Source: Pseudomonas aeruginosa
GTDB taxonomy: Bacteria > Pseudomonadota > Gammaproteobacteria > Pseudomonadales > Pseudomonadaceae
Assembly (NCBI RefSeq): GCF_001457615.1
Contig: NZ_LN831024.1
Coordinates: forward strand, 5,310,001 to 5,342,000
DNA: 32,000 bases
Direction: 5' to 3'
This document shows, in pieces, positions 19,775 through 29,280 of this stretch (the stretch's first letter is position 1; every line of letters begins with the position of its first letter). The translations under genes and the position numbers were made by a program. Under the pieces are notes generated by a model, which worked only from the letters and a program-made list of their open reading frames with translations, was not told where the DNA came from and searched no databases.

Positions 19775-19900
19775 CCCGTTACCCCTTCGCACACGGAAGT
19801 GCCCCCATACCCAGCGCCTGGCCATGCCGGGCGCTTTCCATGCCACAGGTGAAAGCCGTCCTCCGGATCAGGGATAATGATCCCGGCAAACGGAGCGCCC

Positions 19901-20224
19901 ATGATCCACCTGTGTCCCTCTTCCCATCTCGCCGAAGGCAACAGCCGCGGCTTCCTCGTCGATGAGCGGCGGCTGTTCGCGGTGCGTCGCGACGGCCGCG
20001 CCTACATCTACCTGAACCGCTGCCCGCATCGCGGCATCCCGTTGGAGTGGCAGCCCGATGCCTTCCTCGACGACAGCGCCAGCCTGATCCGTTGCGCCAG
20101 CCACGGCGCGCTGTTCCTCATCGAGTCCGGCGAGTGCGTCGCCGGCCCCTGCGCTGGCGAGCGCTTGCGCGCCCTGCCCTGCCGGGAAGACGCCGAAGGC
20201 CTCTGGGTGGAGCTGGACGACTGA
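19901..20224 (+). CDS. Rieske [2Fe-2S]-domain protein
   Basis: [84 protein letters not shown]; CPHRG ... CASHG Rieske cluster motifs. Confidence 0.9.
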   Translation: MIHLCPSSHLAEGNSRGFLVDERRLFAVRRDGRAYIYLNRCPHRGIPLEWQPDAFLDDSASLIRCASHGALFLIESGECVAGPCAGERLRALPCREDAEGLWVELDD

Positions 20225-20304
20225 CCCAACGGGGGATGGGCGGCAAGCCGCGAGGCAACGGCTAGGCTTGCGGCACAAAGATAAAAAAGAGGAAGGAACG
20301 CGCC

Positions 20305-20817
20305 ATGCGCCGATTCAGCCTGCGCTTCGTCCTGCTGCTCCTGTTCGGCCTGCTGCTCTATGCCTGCCGCAATGAACCGGGCCCCGTACGGCTCGCCCCT
20401 GGCGTAACAGCGGCGGATTACCGGACTTTCTTCATCCAGGCGGTACGCGCCGAGGGGCACCGCATCGACTTCGAGGAGCGTTTCGATACGGCCGTGCGCC
20501 GCGCCCTGGAGGCCAAGGGCTATCGCTACCACGCGGAACACGGCGACCTGCGGGTGATCTACGCCCTCGGCCTGCAACGCCAGCCGGGCCTGGAAATGCG
20601 CCCGGTGATCACCCAGGATGGCGTCTTCACCCAGACCCAACTGACCGAAGACACCGAGGCCAGGCTGGCGCTGCGCATCCTTGACGAAAGCAACGGCAGG
20701 GTCCTTCTGGAAAGCGTGCTGAGCCGCCAACTGCACGATCCGGCGCTGACCCAGGAAGCGTTCGACCGCGGCGTCGCGCAGTTGCTGAAGGACTTCCCGA
20801 GCCGCAGTCAACCTTGA
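20305..20817 (+). CDS. Small lipoprotein, DUF4136-like
   Basis: 170 aa; hydrophobic N-terminus with lipobox-like LLYAC; ADYRTFFIQAVRAEGHRIDFEERFDTAVRRALEAKGYRYHAEHGDLRVIYALGL. Confidence 0.7.
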   Translation: MRRFSLRFVLLLLFGLLLYACRNEPGPVRLAPGVTAADYRTFFIQAVRAEGHRIDFEERFDTAVRRALEAKGYRYHAEHGDLRVIYALGLQRQPGLEMRPVITQDGVFTQTQLTEDTEARLALRILDESNGRVLLESVLSRQLHDPALTQEAFDRGVAQLLKDFPSRSQP

Positions 20818-20820
20818 ATG

Positions 20821-21270
20821 TCACAGGCCGTCGAAGTCGTCCTCGCGACGCTCGGCGCTCTCGCCGGGTGCCGACAGCCGGGGCGGCCGCCGTTGCAGCC
20901 ACCACAGGGCGGCGATCCCCAGGGCAGCCATTGCGCCGCGGAACAGCAGGCCGAACAGGTTGCCGTCGGCCTCCATCCCGCCCTCGATCCAGGCAATCAA
21001 TAGCCGCGACAGGGTCAGGATCGATTGCAGCAGCACTACCAGGATCAACGCCGGCTGCACCAGCGAAGCCCGGCGCAGGGCGAACAGCAGGAACAACGCC
21101 AGGGCGAACTGATGGCCGCCATAGAACACCCGCGCATCGCTGACCGCCGAAGGCTCCATCAGCAGCATGCCACTGAGATTGGCCATCTCGTAGGGACGCA
21201 CCCAGTACAGCACTCCCAGCGCGCCCCATACCAGCGCCTGAACCAGCAAAACCAAACGGGCGAAGAGCAT
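20821..21270 (-). CDS. Small integral membrane protein
   Basis: 149 aa from MLFARLVLLVQALVWGALGVLYWVRPYEMANLSGMLLMEPSAVSDARVFYGGHQFALALFLLFALRR...; about four hydrophobic segments, similar in style to DUF4345. Confidence 0.75.
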   Translation of the reverse strand: MLFARLVLLVQALVWGALGVLYWVRPYEMANLSGMLLMEPSAVSDARVFYGGHQFALALFLLFALRRASLVQPALILVVLLQSILTLSRLLIAWIEGGMEADGNLFGLLFRGAMAALGIAALWWLQRRPPRLSAPGESAERREDDFDGL

Positions 21271-21518
21271 CCCCTTTCTCCTCGGGCCTGTTGCCCCAGC
21301 GGTCAGTTCGACACCGGCGGCGAACGCCCCGGCAACCCTAAGGACAGCAGACCCAAACCGCGCCGACGAGTTCGCTGCGACAATCCGTCCCTGCCCAACG
21401 GCAACCCGGCGCGGCGGGCAGCGCATCGCTTCGTCACAAGTGGATACAGCTCACCGGCTGGGTGGCGGCGGGTGCCAGCGGTATGCTCCCGGCATTCGCT
21501 CGCAGCAAGGAGAATCCC

Positions 21519-21968
21519 ATGCGCCGCTTCGCACCCCTGGCCGTCCTGGCCGCCACCCTGCTCCACGGTTCCCTGGTCCAGGCCGCCGAACCGCTGGCCA
21601 TCGACGTCCACCGCGACGCCAACTGCGGCTGCTGCAAGGACTGGATCAAGCACCTCGAAGCCAACGGTTTCAAGGTCACCGACCATGTGGAAGCAGACAT
21701 GAGCGCAGTCAAGAGCCGTCTCGGCGTGCCCTACAGCATGGGCTCCTGTCATACCGGAGTGATCGACGGCAAGTTCGTCGAAGGCCACGTGCCGGCAGCC
21801 GACATCCTCAAGCTGCGCGAACGCGCCGACCTGGTCGGCGCCGCCGTACCGGGCATGCCGGTCGGCTCGCCGGGCATGGAAATGGACGACCGCCAGGACG
21901 CCTACCAGGTCGTCGGCCTGACCAGGAGCGGCCAGGCCTCGGTACTGGCGGAGTACCCGGGACGCTAA
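21519..21968 (+). CDS. DUF411 family secreted metal-binding-like protein
   Basis: MRRFAPLAVLAATLLHGSLVQAAEPLAIDVHRDANCGCCKDWIKHLEANGFKVTDHVEADMSAVKSRLGVPYSMGSCHTGVIDGKFVEGHVPAADI; CGCC and SCHT motifs typical of DUF411. Confidence 0.88.
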   Translation: MRRFAPLAVLAATLLHGSLVQAAEPLAIDVHRDANCGCCKDWIKHLEANGFKVTDHVEADMSAVKSRLGVPYSMGSCHTGVIDGKFVEGHVPAADILKLRERADLVGAAVPGMPVGSPGMEMDDRQDAYQVVGLTRSGQASVLAEYPGR

Positions 21969-21970
21969 CG

Positions 21971-22004
21971 AAAACGCCGTTTTCCCTGGGGAAAACGGCG
22001 TTTT
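21971..22004. terminator. Bidirectional terminator between convergent genes
   Basis: Perfect 16-nt inverted repeat AAAACGCCGTTTTCCC(21971-21986)/GGGAAAACGGCGTTTT(21989-22004) followed by T run (+). Confidence 0.9.
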
Positions 22005-22026
22005 TCCTTGTAGCAGGACGTGAGGA

Positions 22027-23262
22027 TCACTCCGCCAGGCTATCGACCTTCCTCTGCGGCGACAGCAGCCCGTCGGCGCGGAACATCGCCTTGATCCCGC
22101 GCACCGCCTGGCGCAGGCGGTCGCGGTTCTCGATCAGGGCGAAACGCACATGATCGTCGCCGTAGTCGCCGAAGCCGATCCCCGGCGACACCGAGACCTT
22201 GGCGTCCTGCAACAGCTTCTTGGCGAACTCCAGCGAGCCCAGATGCGCGTAGGGCTCGGGGATCTTCGCCCAGACGTACATCGAGGCCTTCGGGTTCTCC
22301 ACCATCCAGCCGGCCTCGCGCAGCCCCTTCACCAGGACGTCGCGGCGCTGCTGGTACTGCCGGGCGATATCGCGGACGCACTGCTGGTCGCCTTCCAGAG
22401 CGGCAATGGCCGCCACCTGCAGGGGCGTGAAGGTGCCGTAGTCGTGGTAGCTCTTGATCCGCGCCAGGGCCGAGACCAGCTCGGGATTGCCGACCATGAA
22501 GCCGATCCGCCAGCCGGCCATGTTGTAGCTCTTCGACAGGGTGAAGAACTCCACGGCGATATCCTTGGCACCCGGTACCTGCATGATCGACGGCGCTTTC
22601 CAGCCGTCGTAGACGATGTCTGCATAGGCCAGGTCGTGCACGACCATCACGTCGTACTGCTTGGCCAGCGCCACCACGCGCTCGAAGAAGTCCAGCTCGA
22701 CGCACTGCGCGGTAGGGTTGGAGGGGAAACCGAGAATCATCATGCGCGGCTTGGGAATCGATTCGCGGATCGCCCGTTCCAGCTCGTTGAAGAAATCGAT
22801 GCCCGGCACCAGCGGCACCGAGCGCACCTGGGCGCCGGCGATCACCGCACCGTAGATGTGGATCGGATAGCTCGGGTTGGGCACGAGGATGGTGTCGCCA
22901 TGGTCGAGGGTCGCCAGCATCAGGTGCGCCAGGCCTTCCTTGGAGCCGATGGTGACGATGGCTTCGCTTTCCGGGTCGATCTGCACGTCGTAGCGGTCAC
23001 GGTACCAGTGCGAGATGGCCCGGCGCAGGCGCGGGATGCCACGCGAGGTGGAGTAGCCATGGGTGTCTTCGCGCTGGGCGACGGTGCAGAGCTTCTCGAC
23101 GATATGCGGCGGGGTCGGCCCGTCGGGATTGCCCATGCTCAGGTCGATGATGTCCTCGCCACGGCGACGAGCGGCCATCTTCAGTTCGGCGGTGATATTG
23201 AAAACGTAGGGGGGAAGGCGGTCGATGCGCGCGAAACGGCGCGCAGGGCGTGATTCAGCCAT
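22027..23262 (-). CDS. Alanine/aspartate-type PLP-dependent aminotransferase (AlaC-like)
   Basis: From [51 protein letters not shown]...; [24 protein letters not shown]-lysine motif. The track start 23409 is too early. Confidence 0.9.
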   Translation of the reverse strand: MAESRPARRFARIDRLPPYVFNITAELKMAARRRGEDIIDLSMGNPDGPTPPHIVEKLCTVAQREDTHGYSTSRGIPRLRRAISHWYRDRYDVQIDPESEAIVTIGSKEGLAHLMLATLDHGDTILVPNPSYPIHIYGAVIAGAQVRSVPLVPGIDFFNELERAIRESIPKPRMMILGFPSNPTAQCVELDFFERVVALAKQYDVMVVHDLAYADIVYDGWKAPSIMQVPGAKDIAVEFFTLSKSYNMAGWRIGFMVGNPELVSALARIKSYHDYGTFTPLQVAAIAALEGDQQCVRDIARQYQQRRDVLVKGLREAGWMVENPKASMYVWAKIPEPYAHLGSLEFAKKLLQDAKVSVSPGIGFGDYGDDHVRFALIENRDRLRQAVRGIKAMFRADGLLSPQRKVDSLAE

Positions 23263-23431
23263 GCTGTCCTCGGAGTAACGTAAGCGCCCGGAACCGTCCG
23301 AGCGACGCCGACCGCTGCGGCGGCCTGGAAAGCGCAAGCCAGGCGCTTTCTTGTCGGCGAACATAAAGGCCGATAGGCTGCTTGTCGAGTCCCCCCTCGC
23401 GTTTTTCATTCCATTTCACAGGAAAAGGCCC

Positions 23432-24286
23432 ATGTCCCGACGCTACTGGCAACTCGATGTGTTCGCCGAGCGTCCGCTCACCGGCAACGGTCTGGCCGTA
23501 TTCGACGACGCCAGCGCCCTCGATGACGCCGCCATGCAGGCCTGGACCCGCGAACTGCGCCAGTTCGAGTCGATCTTCCTGCTGCCGGGCAACGACCCAC
23601 GGGCCTTCCGCGCACGGATCTTCACCCTGGAGGAAGAACTGCCGTTCGCGGGCCACCCGCTGCTCGGCGCCGCCGCCCTGCTCCATCACCTGCGCGGCGG
23701 CGACAACGAACAGCACTGGACGCTGCACCTGGCCAGCAAGTCGGTGGCCCTGCGCAGCGTGCGGGCGGGCAGCGGTTTCTACGCCGAGATGGACCAGGGC
23801 CGCGCCGAATTCGGCGCCACCCCGGACGCCGGGACCTGCCGCTGGTTCGCCGAAGCCTTCTCGCTATCGGCCAACGACCTGTCCGGGCATCCGCCGCGGG
23901 TGGTGAGCACCGGCCTGCCCTACCTGCTCCTGCCGGTGACCGCCGAGGCACTGGGTCGAGCCCGTCAGGTCAACGATTTGCAAGAAGCCCTGGATAAACT
24001 CGGCGCGGCGTTTGTCTATCTGCTCGACGTCGACGGGCGCGAGGGCCGCACCTGGGACAACCTGGGGCTGGTGGAAGACGTGGCTACCGGCAGCGCTGCC
24101 GGTCCGGTCGCCGCCTACCTGGTGGAATACGGGCTTGCCGCGCGCGGCGAACCCTTCGTCCTGCACCAGGGACGCTTCCTCGACCGGCCGAGCCGACTCG
24201 ACGTCCAGGTCGCGACAGACGGTAGCGTAAGGGTCGGCGGCCACGTCCAACTGCTCGCCCGCGCCGAGCTGCTGACCTCGGCCTGA
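23432..24286 (+). CDS. PhzF-family isomerase-like protein
   Basis: MSRRYWQLDVFAERPLTGNGLAVFDDASALDDAAMQAWTRELRQFESIFLLPG...EEELPFAGHPLLGAAALLHHL...EDVATGSAAGPVAAYLVEYGL; characteristic PhzF motifs. Confidence 0.88.
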   Translation: MSRRYWQLDVFAERPLTGNGLAVFDDASALDDAAMQAWTRELRQFESIFLLPGNDPRAFRARIFTLEEELPFAGHPLLGAAALLHHLRGGDNEQHWTLHLASKSVALRSVRAGSGFYAEMDQGRAEFGATPDAGTCRWFAEAFSLSANDLSGHPPRVVSTGLPYLLLPVTAEALGRARQVNDLQEALDKLGAAFVYLLDVDGREGRTWDNLGLVEDVATGSAAGPVAAYLVEYGLAARGEPFVLHQGRFLDRPSRLDVQVATDGSVRVGGHVQLLARAELLTSA

Positions 24287-24353
24287 CGGTCGGGGTGGCG
24301 CTGGCGGCGGACGACGACAACACTGAAGAAGCGAAACGTACAGGAGAACCGCC

Positions 24354-25246
24354 ATGCTCTGGCGCAAAGGACGACGCAGTGACAACGTGATTGATGCCCG
24401 GGGCGAAGGAGGCGCAGGCGGCGGTGGCGGCATGCGCATCGGCGGCAAGGGCCTCAGCCTGGGTGGGGTGGCCATCGTGGTGGTGGTCGGCCTGCTGATG
24501 GGCCAGGACCCGATGCAGATCCTCGGGTCGCTGCTCGGCCAGATGGACAGCCCGGCGCCGGCCACCCAGCAGCAGGCCGGCGGTCGGGCCCGGCGGCCAA
24601 TGACGAGCAGAGCGAGTTCGTCCGCTCGATCCTCGGCGACACCGAGGACACCTGGGAACAGATCTTCGCCAGCGGCCAGGCACAATACCAACAGCCCAAG
24701 CTGGTGCTGTTCAGCAATGGGGTGAATTCCGCCTGCGGCTTCGCCTCGTCGGCCACCGGGCCGTTCTACTGTCCGGCCGACCGCCGGGTCTACCTCGACC
24801 TGGAGTTCTTCCGCGAGATGGAACAGCGCTTCTCCGCCGCCGGCGACTTCGCCCAGGCCTATGTGATCGCCCACGAGGTCGGCCACCACGTGCAGAACCT
24901 GATGGGCATCTCGGCCAAGATCAACGCAGCCCGCCAGCGCGGCGCGCGCATGGAGGGCGCCAACGGCCTGTCGGTACGCCAGGAACTGCAGGCGGACTGC
25001 TTCGCCGGGGTCTGGGCCAACCGTGCACAGCAGCGGCTGAACTGGCTGGAGCCGGGCGACATCGAGGAAGCCCTGAACGCCGCCAACGCCATCGGCGACG
25101 ATCGCCTGCAACGCCAGGGCCGCGGCATGGTGGTGCCGGATTCCTTCACCCATGGCTCCTCGGCGCAACGCATGCGCTGGTTCAAGACCGGCTTCGAGAG
25201 CGGCTCGCCGGCCAGTTGCGATACCTTCAAGGCCCAGACGCTCTGA
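24354..25246 (+). pseudogene. YpfJ-like neutral zinc metallopeptidase, split by a 1-nt deletion in this sequence
   Basis: ORF 24354..24725 gives MLWRKGRRSDNVIDARGEGGAGGGGGMRIGGKGLSLGG...; reading continues in a different frame from about 24599 (NDEQSEFVRSILGDTEDTWEQIFASGQAQYQQPKLVLFSNGVNSACGFASSATGPFYCPADRRVYLDL...VIAHEVGHHVQNL, HExxH). Restoring one C in the ccc at 24589-24591 rejoins the frames (GGRAPAANDEQSEF). Confidence 0.92.
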
Positions 25247-25267
25247 GCCTCGCCGCCAGCCGGGCGC

Positions 25268-25744
25268 TTAGCGCCCCGGCTGGCTTCCCAGCGCATTCAA
25301 CTGATCGGCCAGTTCCCTGGCCTCGTAGACCGAAGCCAACCCGTCGAGATAGACCTTGCCGTTGCGGATCGGCTCGCGCACCCGCGGCGCCAGGCGCAGG
25401 CGCCCGTCCACCAGTACCGCGAGAGTGCGCCCCCGGGCCTCGCCGGTCAGCGCGGCCAGGCGGCGGGCGGCCGGTTCGGTGAAGGTGACTTCGACGCCGG
25501 GTCGACCGTTCTGGTCGTACAGGACCTCGGCGCGGAGTACGTCAGCCTGGGTCAGGCTGGGCTTCAGCGCCACCAGCATGGCCTTGCCCTGCGGGTCGGC
25601 CAGGGTGCGGAACGCCGCGGAAGGCGTACTGGCGGTGGCATAGACCCCGAAGCTGTGCTGCGGGATCGGCAGCGGATCGCTGGCGCAGGCGGCCAGCAGC
25701 AGCGCCAGGCCCAGCGGAAGGAGTGCGAGTTTCGAGCGTTTCAT
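25268..25744 (-). CDS. Lipoprotein with SecD P1-like segment
   Basis: 158 aa from MKRSKLALLPLGLALLLAACASDPLPIPQHS...; C-terminal GVEVTFTEPAARRLAALTGEARGRTLAVLVDGRLRLAPRVREPIRNGKVYLDG resembles the SecD pattern. Track start 25792 is too early. Confidence 0.75.
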   Translation of the reverse strand: MKRSKLALLPLGLALLLAACASDPLPIPQHSFGVYATASTPSAAFRTLADPQGKAMLVALKPSLTQADVLRAEVLYDQNGRPGVEVTFTEPAARRLAALTGEARGRTLAVLVDGRLRLAPRVREPIRNGKVYLDGLASVYEARELADQLNALGSQPGR

Positions 25745-25870
25745 GATGAGGTACTGCAGAAAACCTGGGCGGAGCGTCCGTCCGGACGCCAACGCCTATG
25801 TTAACGCCGACCGCGCCGGGCGGGCGAGCAGGCCCTTCCGCGAGGCGACGATCGACTAGACTGGCGGAAA

Positions 25871-25899
25871 TTCACCCCTCTCCCGCGAACTGGTATGAT
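25871..25899 (+). promoter_or_regulatory. Candidate sigma-70 promoter of the NCS2 permease operon
   Basis: TTCACC (25871-25876), 17 nt, TATGAT (25894-25899). Confidence 0.45.
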
Positions 25900-25910
25900 G
25901 CGCGCCTTTT

Positions 25911-25979
25911 CGAGCCGTATGAACCCCACGCAGGCCGCCGCGAGGCCCCTGGCGTGCGTGGGTCGTTTCATGCGGCTCG
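25911..25979 (+). promoter_or_regulatory. Long structured element in the 5' leader of the purine permease gene
   Basis: CGAGCCGTATGAA(25911-25923) pairs with TTCATGCGGCTCG(25967-25979), with one T/G (RNA U-G) wobble; CCCACGCA(25925-25932) pairs with TGCGTGGG(25955-25962). Confidence 0.6.
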
Positions 25980-26157
25980 CGCATTTTCGGGACTCAGCCG
26001 TCTGCCGGGATCGTTCGCGATACCGCGCCGACGAGACAGCGATGCAACGCCCGCCACGCGGAAATTCGGTTTTCCCTGGTCGGCGGCCGGCTCCGCGGCC
26101 GGCCACTTCTGCTGGCGCCATGGGGATCGTTGCAGAGCACATTCAGGGGAATCCAAC

Positions 26158-27453
26158 ATGCTGGAAAAGCTGTTTCAACTAAAGGCGCACAACACCACGG
26201 TGCGCACCGAGATCCTGGCGGGGATCACCACCTTCCTGACCATGGCCTACATCCTCTTCGTCAACCCGAGCATCCTCGGCGAGACCGGCATGGACAAGGG
26301 CGCGGTGTTCGTCGCCACCTGCCTGGCAGCGGCCATCGGCTCGACCATCATGGGCCTGATCGCCAACTACCCGATCGCCCTGGCCCCCGGCATGGGCCTC
26401 AACGCCTTCTTCACCTACACCGTGGTGCTGCACATGGGCCACAGCTGGCAGGTCGCGCTGGGCGCAGTGTTCATTTCCGCCACCATGTTCTTCCTGCTGT
26501 CGATCTTCCGCATCCGCGAATGGATCATCAACAGCATCCCCCTGCCGCTGCGCTCGGCGATCGCCGCCGGCATCGGCCTGTTCCTCGCACTGATCGCCCT
26601 GCAGAACGCCGGCATCGTGGTGGACAACCCGGCAACCCTGATCGGCATGGGCGACCTGACCAAGCCGGCGCCGATCCTCGCCACCCTCGGCTTCATCCTG
26701 ATCGTCGCCCTGGAGGCGCGTAGCGTCACCGGCGCGGTGCTGATCGGTATCCTGGTGGTCACCGCCATCGCCATCCTGCTCGGCGTGACCCAGTTCGGCG
26801 GCGTGGTCTCGATGCCGCCGTCGCTGGCGCCGACCTTCCTCCAACTGGACATCAAGGGCGCGCTGGACATCGGTCTGGTCAGCGTGATCTTCGCCTTCCT
26901 CTTCGTCGACCTGTTCGACAACTCCGGCACCCTGATCGGCGTCGCCAAGCGCGCCGGACTGATGGGCAAGGACGGCCACATGCCGAAGATGGGCCGCGCG
27001 CTGATCGCCGACAGTACCGCCGCCATGGGCGGCTCGCTGCTGGGCACCTCGACCACCACCAGCTACATCGAGTCCGCCGCGGGCGTCAGCGCCGGCGGCC
27101 GCACCGGCCTGACCGCCATCGTCGTCGCCATCCTGTTCCTTCTCGCGCTGTTCTTCGCCCCGCTGGCCGGCAGCGTACCGGCCTTCGCCACCGCCCCGGC
27201 GCTGCTCTTCGTCGCCGTACTGATGGCCTCGGGCCTGGCAGAGATCGACTGGGAAGACATCACCGTCGCCGCGCCGGTGGTCGTCACCGCGCTGGCCATG
27301 CCGTTCACCTATTCGATCGCTACCGGCATCGCCTTCGGCTTCATTTCCTGGACCGCGATCAAGGTGCTGTCCGGGCGCTGGCGCGAACTGAACCCGGCGC
27401 TGGTGATCCTCTCCGTGCTGTTCGTGATCAAGCTGGGCTTCTTCAACGCATGA
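26158..27453 (+). CDS. NCS2 / AzgA-like adenine/guanine/hypoxanthine permease
   Basis: [105 protein letters not shown]...; typical of the PbuG/AzgA group. Confidence 0.93.
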   Translation: MLEKLFQLKAHNTTVRTEILAGITTFLTMAYILFVNPSILGETGMDKGAVFVATCLAAAIGSTIMGLIANYPIALAPGMGLNAFFTYTVVLHMGHSWQVALGAVFISATMFFLLSIFRIREWIINSIPLPLRSAIAAGIGLFLALIALQNAGIVVDNPATLIGMGDLTKPAPILATLGFILIVALEARSVTGAVLIGILVVTAIAILLGVTQFGGVVSMPPSLAPTFLQLDIKGALDIGLVSVIFAFLFVDLFDNSGTLIGVAKRAGLMGKDGHMPKMGRALIADSTAAMGGSLLGTSTTTSYIESAAGVSAGGRTGLTAIVVAILFLLALFFAPLAGSVPAFATAPALLFVAVLMASGLAEIDWEDITVAAPVVVTALAMPFTYSIATGIAFGFISWTAIKVLSGRWRELNPALVILSVLFVIKLGFFNA

Positions 27454-28541
27454 GCCGTCCACAGTTCGACCCCAGCGCCTACGCCGCGCAACTGGAAGAC
27501 AAGAAGTCCCGCCTCGCCGGATTGCTGGCCCCGTTCGCGGCACCCGCGCCGGAGGTCTTCGAGTCGCCGCGCGAACATTACCGGCTGCGCGCCGAATTCC
27601 GCCTGTGGCGGGAAACCGGCAACGAGAAGCGTCACTACGCGATGTTCGAGCAGGGCGACAAGCACACGCCGATCCTGATCGAGGATTTCCCCATCGCCAG
27701 CCGCCGCATCAACGAACTGATGCCGCGCCTGAAGGCGGCCTGGGCCGACCCGGCGCTGGGCTTCAAGCTGTTCCAGGTGGAGTTTCTCACCACCCTGGCC
27801 GGCGACGCGCTGATCACCCTCTGCTACCACCGGCCGATCGACGACGCCTGGCGACAGGCAGCGGAAAAGCTCGCGGCGGAACTGGGCGTGAACCTGGTGG
27901 GGCGTTCGCGCGGCAAGCGCATCGTCGTCGGACGCGACTATGTGGAGGAGGAACTGTCGGTCGCCGGCCGGCGCTTCCGCTACCGCCAGCCCGAGGGGGC
28001 TTTCACCCAGCCCAACGGCGAGGTCAACCAGAAGATGCTCGGCTGGGCCTACGAGGCGCTCGGCCAGCGCGACGACGACCTGCTCGAACTGTACTGCGGC
28101 AACGGCAACTTCACCCTGCCCCTGGCCACCCGGGTACGCAAGGTGCTGGCCACCGAGATCAGCAAGTCCTCGGTCAATGCGGCGCTGGCCAACCTGGCCG
28201 ACAACGCGGTGGACAACGTCAGCCTGGTGCGCCTGTCGGCCGAAGAGCTGACCCAGGCGCTGAACGAGGTTCGCCCGTTCCGCCGCCTGGCCGACATCGA
28301 CCTGAAGAGCTACGCCTTCGGCAGTGTCTTCGTCGATCCGCCACGAGCCGGCATGGATCCGGACACCTGCGAGCTGGCCCGACGCTTCGAGCGCATCCTG
28401 TACATTTCGTGCAACCCGGAAACCCTGGCGCAGAACATCGCCCAACTGCACGACACGCACCGGATCAGCCGCTGCGCGCTGTTCGACCAGTTCCCCTACA
28501 CCCACCACATGGAAAGCGGCGTCCTGCTCGAACGCCGCTGA
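27450..28541 (+). CDS. trmA: tRNA (uracil-5-)-methyltransferase
   Basis: 363 aa [29 protein letters not shown]...; [15 protein letters not shown], [17 protein letters not shown] [11 protein letters not shown] and [12 protein letters not shown]; ATGA overlap with the permease. Confidence 0.96.
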   Translation: MSRPQFDPSAYAAQLEDKKSRLAGLLAPFAAPAPEVFESPREHYRLRAEFRLWRETGNEKRHYAMFEQGDKHTPILIEDFPIASRRINELMPRLKAAWADPALGFKLFQVEFLTTLAGDALITLCYHRPIDDAWRQAAEKLAAELGVNLVGRSRGKRIVVGRDYVEEELSVAGRRFRYRQPEGAFTQPNGEVNQKMLGWAYEALGQRDDDLLELYCGNGNFTLPLATRVRKVLATEISKSSVNAALANLADNAVDNVSLVRLSAEELTQALNEVRPFRRLADIDLKSYAFGSVFVDPPRAGMDPDTCELARRFERILYISCNPETLAQNIAQLHDTHRISRCALFDQFPYTHHMESGVLLERR

Positions 28542-28545
28542 GAGT

Positions 28546-28567
28546 GGCCGCGCCCCACGGCGCGGCC
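28546..28567. terminator. GC-rich hairpin between convergent trmA and sfsA (possible terminator)
   Basis: GGCCGCGCC(28546-28554)/GGCGCGGCC(28559-28567), 4-nt loop, no T tract. Confidence 0.4.
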
Positions 28568-28572
28568 GTGCC

Positions 28573-29280
28573 TCAGAGTCGCACCGGGAGGCGCCGCGCC
28601 AGGTGCAATCCTTCCGTCGTCACCTCGGCGCCATAGGCCAGCACCTCGACGCCCGCTTGCGCCGCCTCGCGCAACGCCTTGCCATAGGCTGGATCGATCT
28701 CGTCGGCGGGGCGCACCGCCTCGACCCCGGAAAGGTTCACGCAGTACAGCTGCACCGCGCGGATCCCCTCCCGCGCCAGCGCCGCCAGTTCGCGCAGGTG
28801 CTTGGCGCCGCGCAGCGTCACCGCGTCGGGAAAGGCCGCCACAGCGGTTTCGTCGAAGCCCAGGGTGACGCTCTTCACCTCGATGAACAGTGCGCCCGTG
28901 GGGTATTCCAGGCGAAAGTCGGCGCGACTGTTCTCCACGCCGTAGGCCACTTCCCGGCGCAGAGCGGTGAAACCGGCAAGCTCCGCGATGTCCCCGGCCA
29001 GCAGCGCCTCCTCTACCAGGCGGTTGGCCCGCGCCGTGTTGACGCAGGCCAGGCGGCCCTGCGGAGTCTCGCTCAGCTCCCAGGTCCCCGGCAGCTTGCG
29101 CTTGGGGTCGTTGGAGCGGCTGAACCAGACCCGGCAACCTTCGCTCATGCAATTGAGCATCGAACCGGTATTCGGACAGTGGATAGTCAGGCGCTCGCCG
29201 CCGGCGCTCTCGATATCGGCGAGGAAACGCTTGTAGCGACGCAGCAGGCGGCCTTCTTCCAGTGGCTGCTCGAAACGCAT
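28573..29280 (-). CDS. sfsA: Sugar fermentation stimulation protein homologue SfsA
   Basis: 235 aa [69 protein letters not shown]; SfsA hallmark HCPNTGSM and [14 protein letters not shown]. Confidence 0.94.
   Translation of the reverse strand: MRFEQPLEEGRLLRRYKRFLADIESAGGERLTIHCPNTGSMLNCMSEGCRVWFSRSNDPKRKLPGTWELSETPQGRLACVNTARANRLVEEALLAGDIAELAGFTALRREVAYGVENSRADFRLEYPTGALFIEVKSVTLGFDETAVAAFPDAVTLRGAKHLRELAALAREGIRAVQLYCVNLSGVEAVRPADEIDPAYGKALREAAQAGVEVLAYGAEVTTEGLHLARRLPVRL

Noticed and set aside
16235-19846. 1203-aa minus-strand ORF spanning phuS and the complement of phuR
   Set aside because: Only the C-terminal 354 aa are PhuS. The rest is the GC3-driven open antisense frame of phuR with low-complexity, biased composition. 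The true start is ATG at 17299.
26179-27543. 454-aa minus-strand ORF antisense to the purine permease
   Set aside because: Charged, glycine-rich low-complexity shadow of a transmembrane protein gene; not a real gene.
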